DNA of 62,426 nt, the filler included, from Sphacelaria rigidula (Eukaryota), in NCBI GenBank assembly GCA_964200075.2. It is 9 parts of 9 records of this genome, joined end to end, with 100 filler letters (N's around TTAATTAATTAA, not from the genome) between each part and the next. Parts side by side here need not be neighbours in the genome. Positions count along the whole stretch, not along the records: positions 55,581 to 62,426 come from CAXNAA020017786.1; 8 more parts are not named here. One strand, given 5' to 3'. The notes under the pieces are model-generated. The model made no database searches. It saw nothing but the letters and a program-made list of their open reading frames with translations, and was not told where the DNA came from. Within the stretch, counting starts at the first letter, position 1. Every line of letters starts with the position of its first letter. Below are positions 61,631 through 62,426 of the stretch, one piece after another. A program made the translations under genes and the position numbers.

Positions 61631-62357
61631 ATGGGTTTGTCAAGGATACTAGCAGGATCTATGCTTCTCATCCCCATGGTGAAGACTAATGTGATAACGG
61701 TTTGTATCGCTATTCTTCAGTTGAGGTTGGCCTGTAATCTATGTGTAACATGTTTCTCAGGGTGGGTTGCGATCTGCAATTCGGGGAAATGTATGCCGTC
61801 AGTACAGACCCTGCACTCCAGCATTGTAGACGCCACACCGGTAGTGCTGTCTTAACTGGCACAGCTTGATCAACTAGTTCGGATAGGGACCGGACTTGAT
61901 ACTCGTAGGATATCTCCCAAGGTTGGTACGGTGGCAATTGTTTCTGGTGTGGTCAGTGCGCAGCGTACATGTTCAACTTTCTCGAGCAATATGCGGACGA
62001 GTTGGCCTCCCCCCTGACGAGGATCGGTATCCGAGTAGTACGACAGAGGTTGAGATTACCTCTTGATAGTCCGTCCGACTCTGTCCACTGCCAGCTGTAT
62101 CCACCGACCCGCATTGCTCCATCCCTACCACACAGGTTGCGGGCTTCCTTGTTCCAGTCTCTCTGCACCCAGCTACTGGCACGCGTGCGCGATTGAACCA
62201 GCGGGCCAGCGGCCGCAGCAGCGTTGTGACGAGCATGAGCATGCAGCAAAAACAGAAGAACCCGCCGGTCCCCCCCATGACCCCACGACGGAAGCAGTTT
62301 TTCAAGACGGTGTCGGAGGGTCTTCGCGTGGGATTTGAGGGGCAAGACATCAGCAAG
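61631..62357 (+). CDS. 5' exons (61631-61678, 62136-62357) of a probable plastid-targeted protein
   Basis: Spliced MGLSRILAGSMLLIPM/VAG-FLVPVSLHPATGTRARLNQRASGRSSVVTSMSM...: signal peptide, ASAF-type cleavage motif and Ser/Thr/Arg-rich transit peptide, as in heterokont bipartite targeting. Phase-0 GT-AG junctions. Confidence 0.65.
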
Positions 62358-62426
62358 GTAGGGGGGGGGGGGGGGGGGCGGATGGGGGGTTTTTTATTAT
62401 GTTCCCTCCGTGGGTTTTTGGTTTTT

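Overview
Eukaryotic, intron-rich, repeat-rich DNA. Gene style and repeat content suggest a brown alga or related stramenopile (inference). The window is not one locus. It is nine size-sorted contigs (6848, 6848, 6848, 6848, 6847, 6847, 6847, 6847 and 6846 bp) joined by 100-bp N-TTAATTAATTAA-N spacers, so nothing can be inferred from adjacency across spacers. Partial spliced genes I could reconstruct by hand: a U1A/U2B''-family snRNP protein (with a GC-AG intron), a protein with G-x-G-Y beta repeats, a ZIF-like MFS transporter, an EGLN/PHD-like 2OG-Fe(II) oxygenase lacking catalytic residues, a probable mitochondrial trifunctional-enzyme alpha subunit (with an 8-nt microexon), NADH-cytochrome b5 reductase, and two head-to-head gene pairs. 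The rest is mostly mobile DNA: RTE-type and other LINE fragments, tRNA-derived SINEs, many MITEs (some nested, with clear target-site duplications), a foldback element, and tyrosine-recombinase and Gypsy remnants. Two long imperfect hairpins are candidate small-RNA precursors. There is no CRISPR array, rRNA or intact tRNA, and I could not establish a single new multi-gene system.
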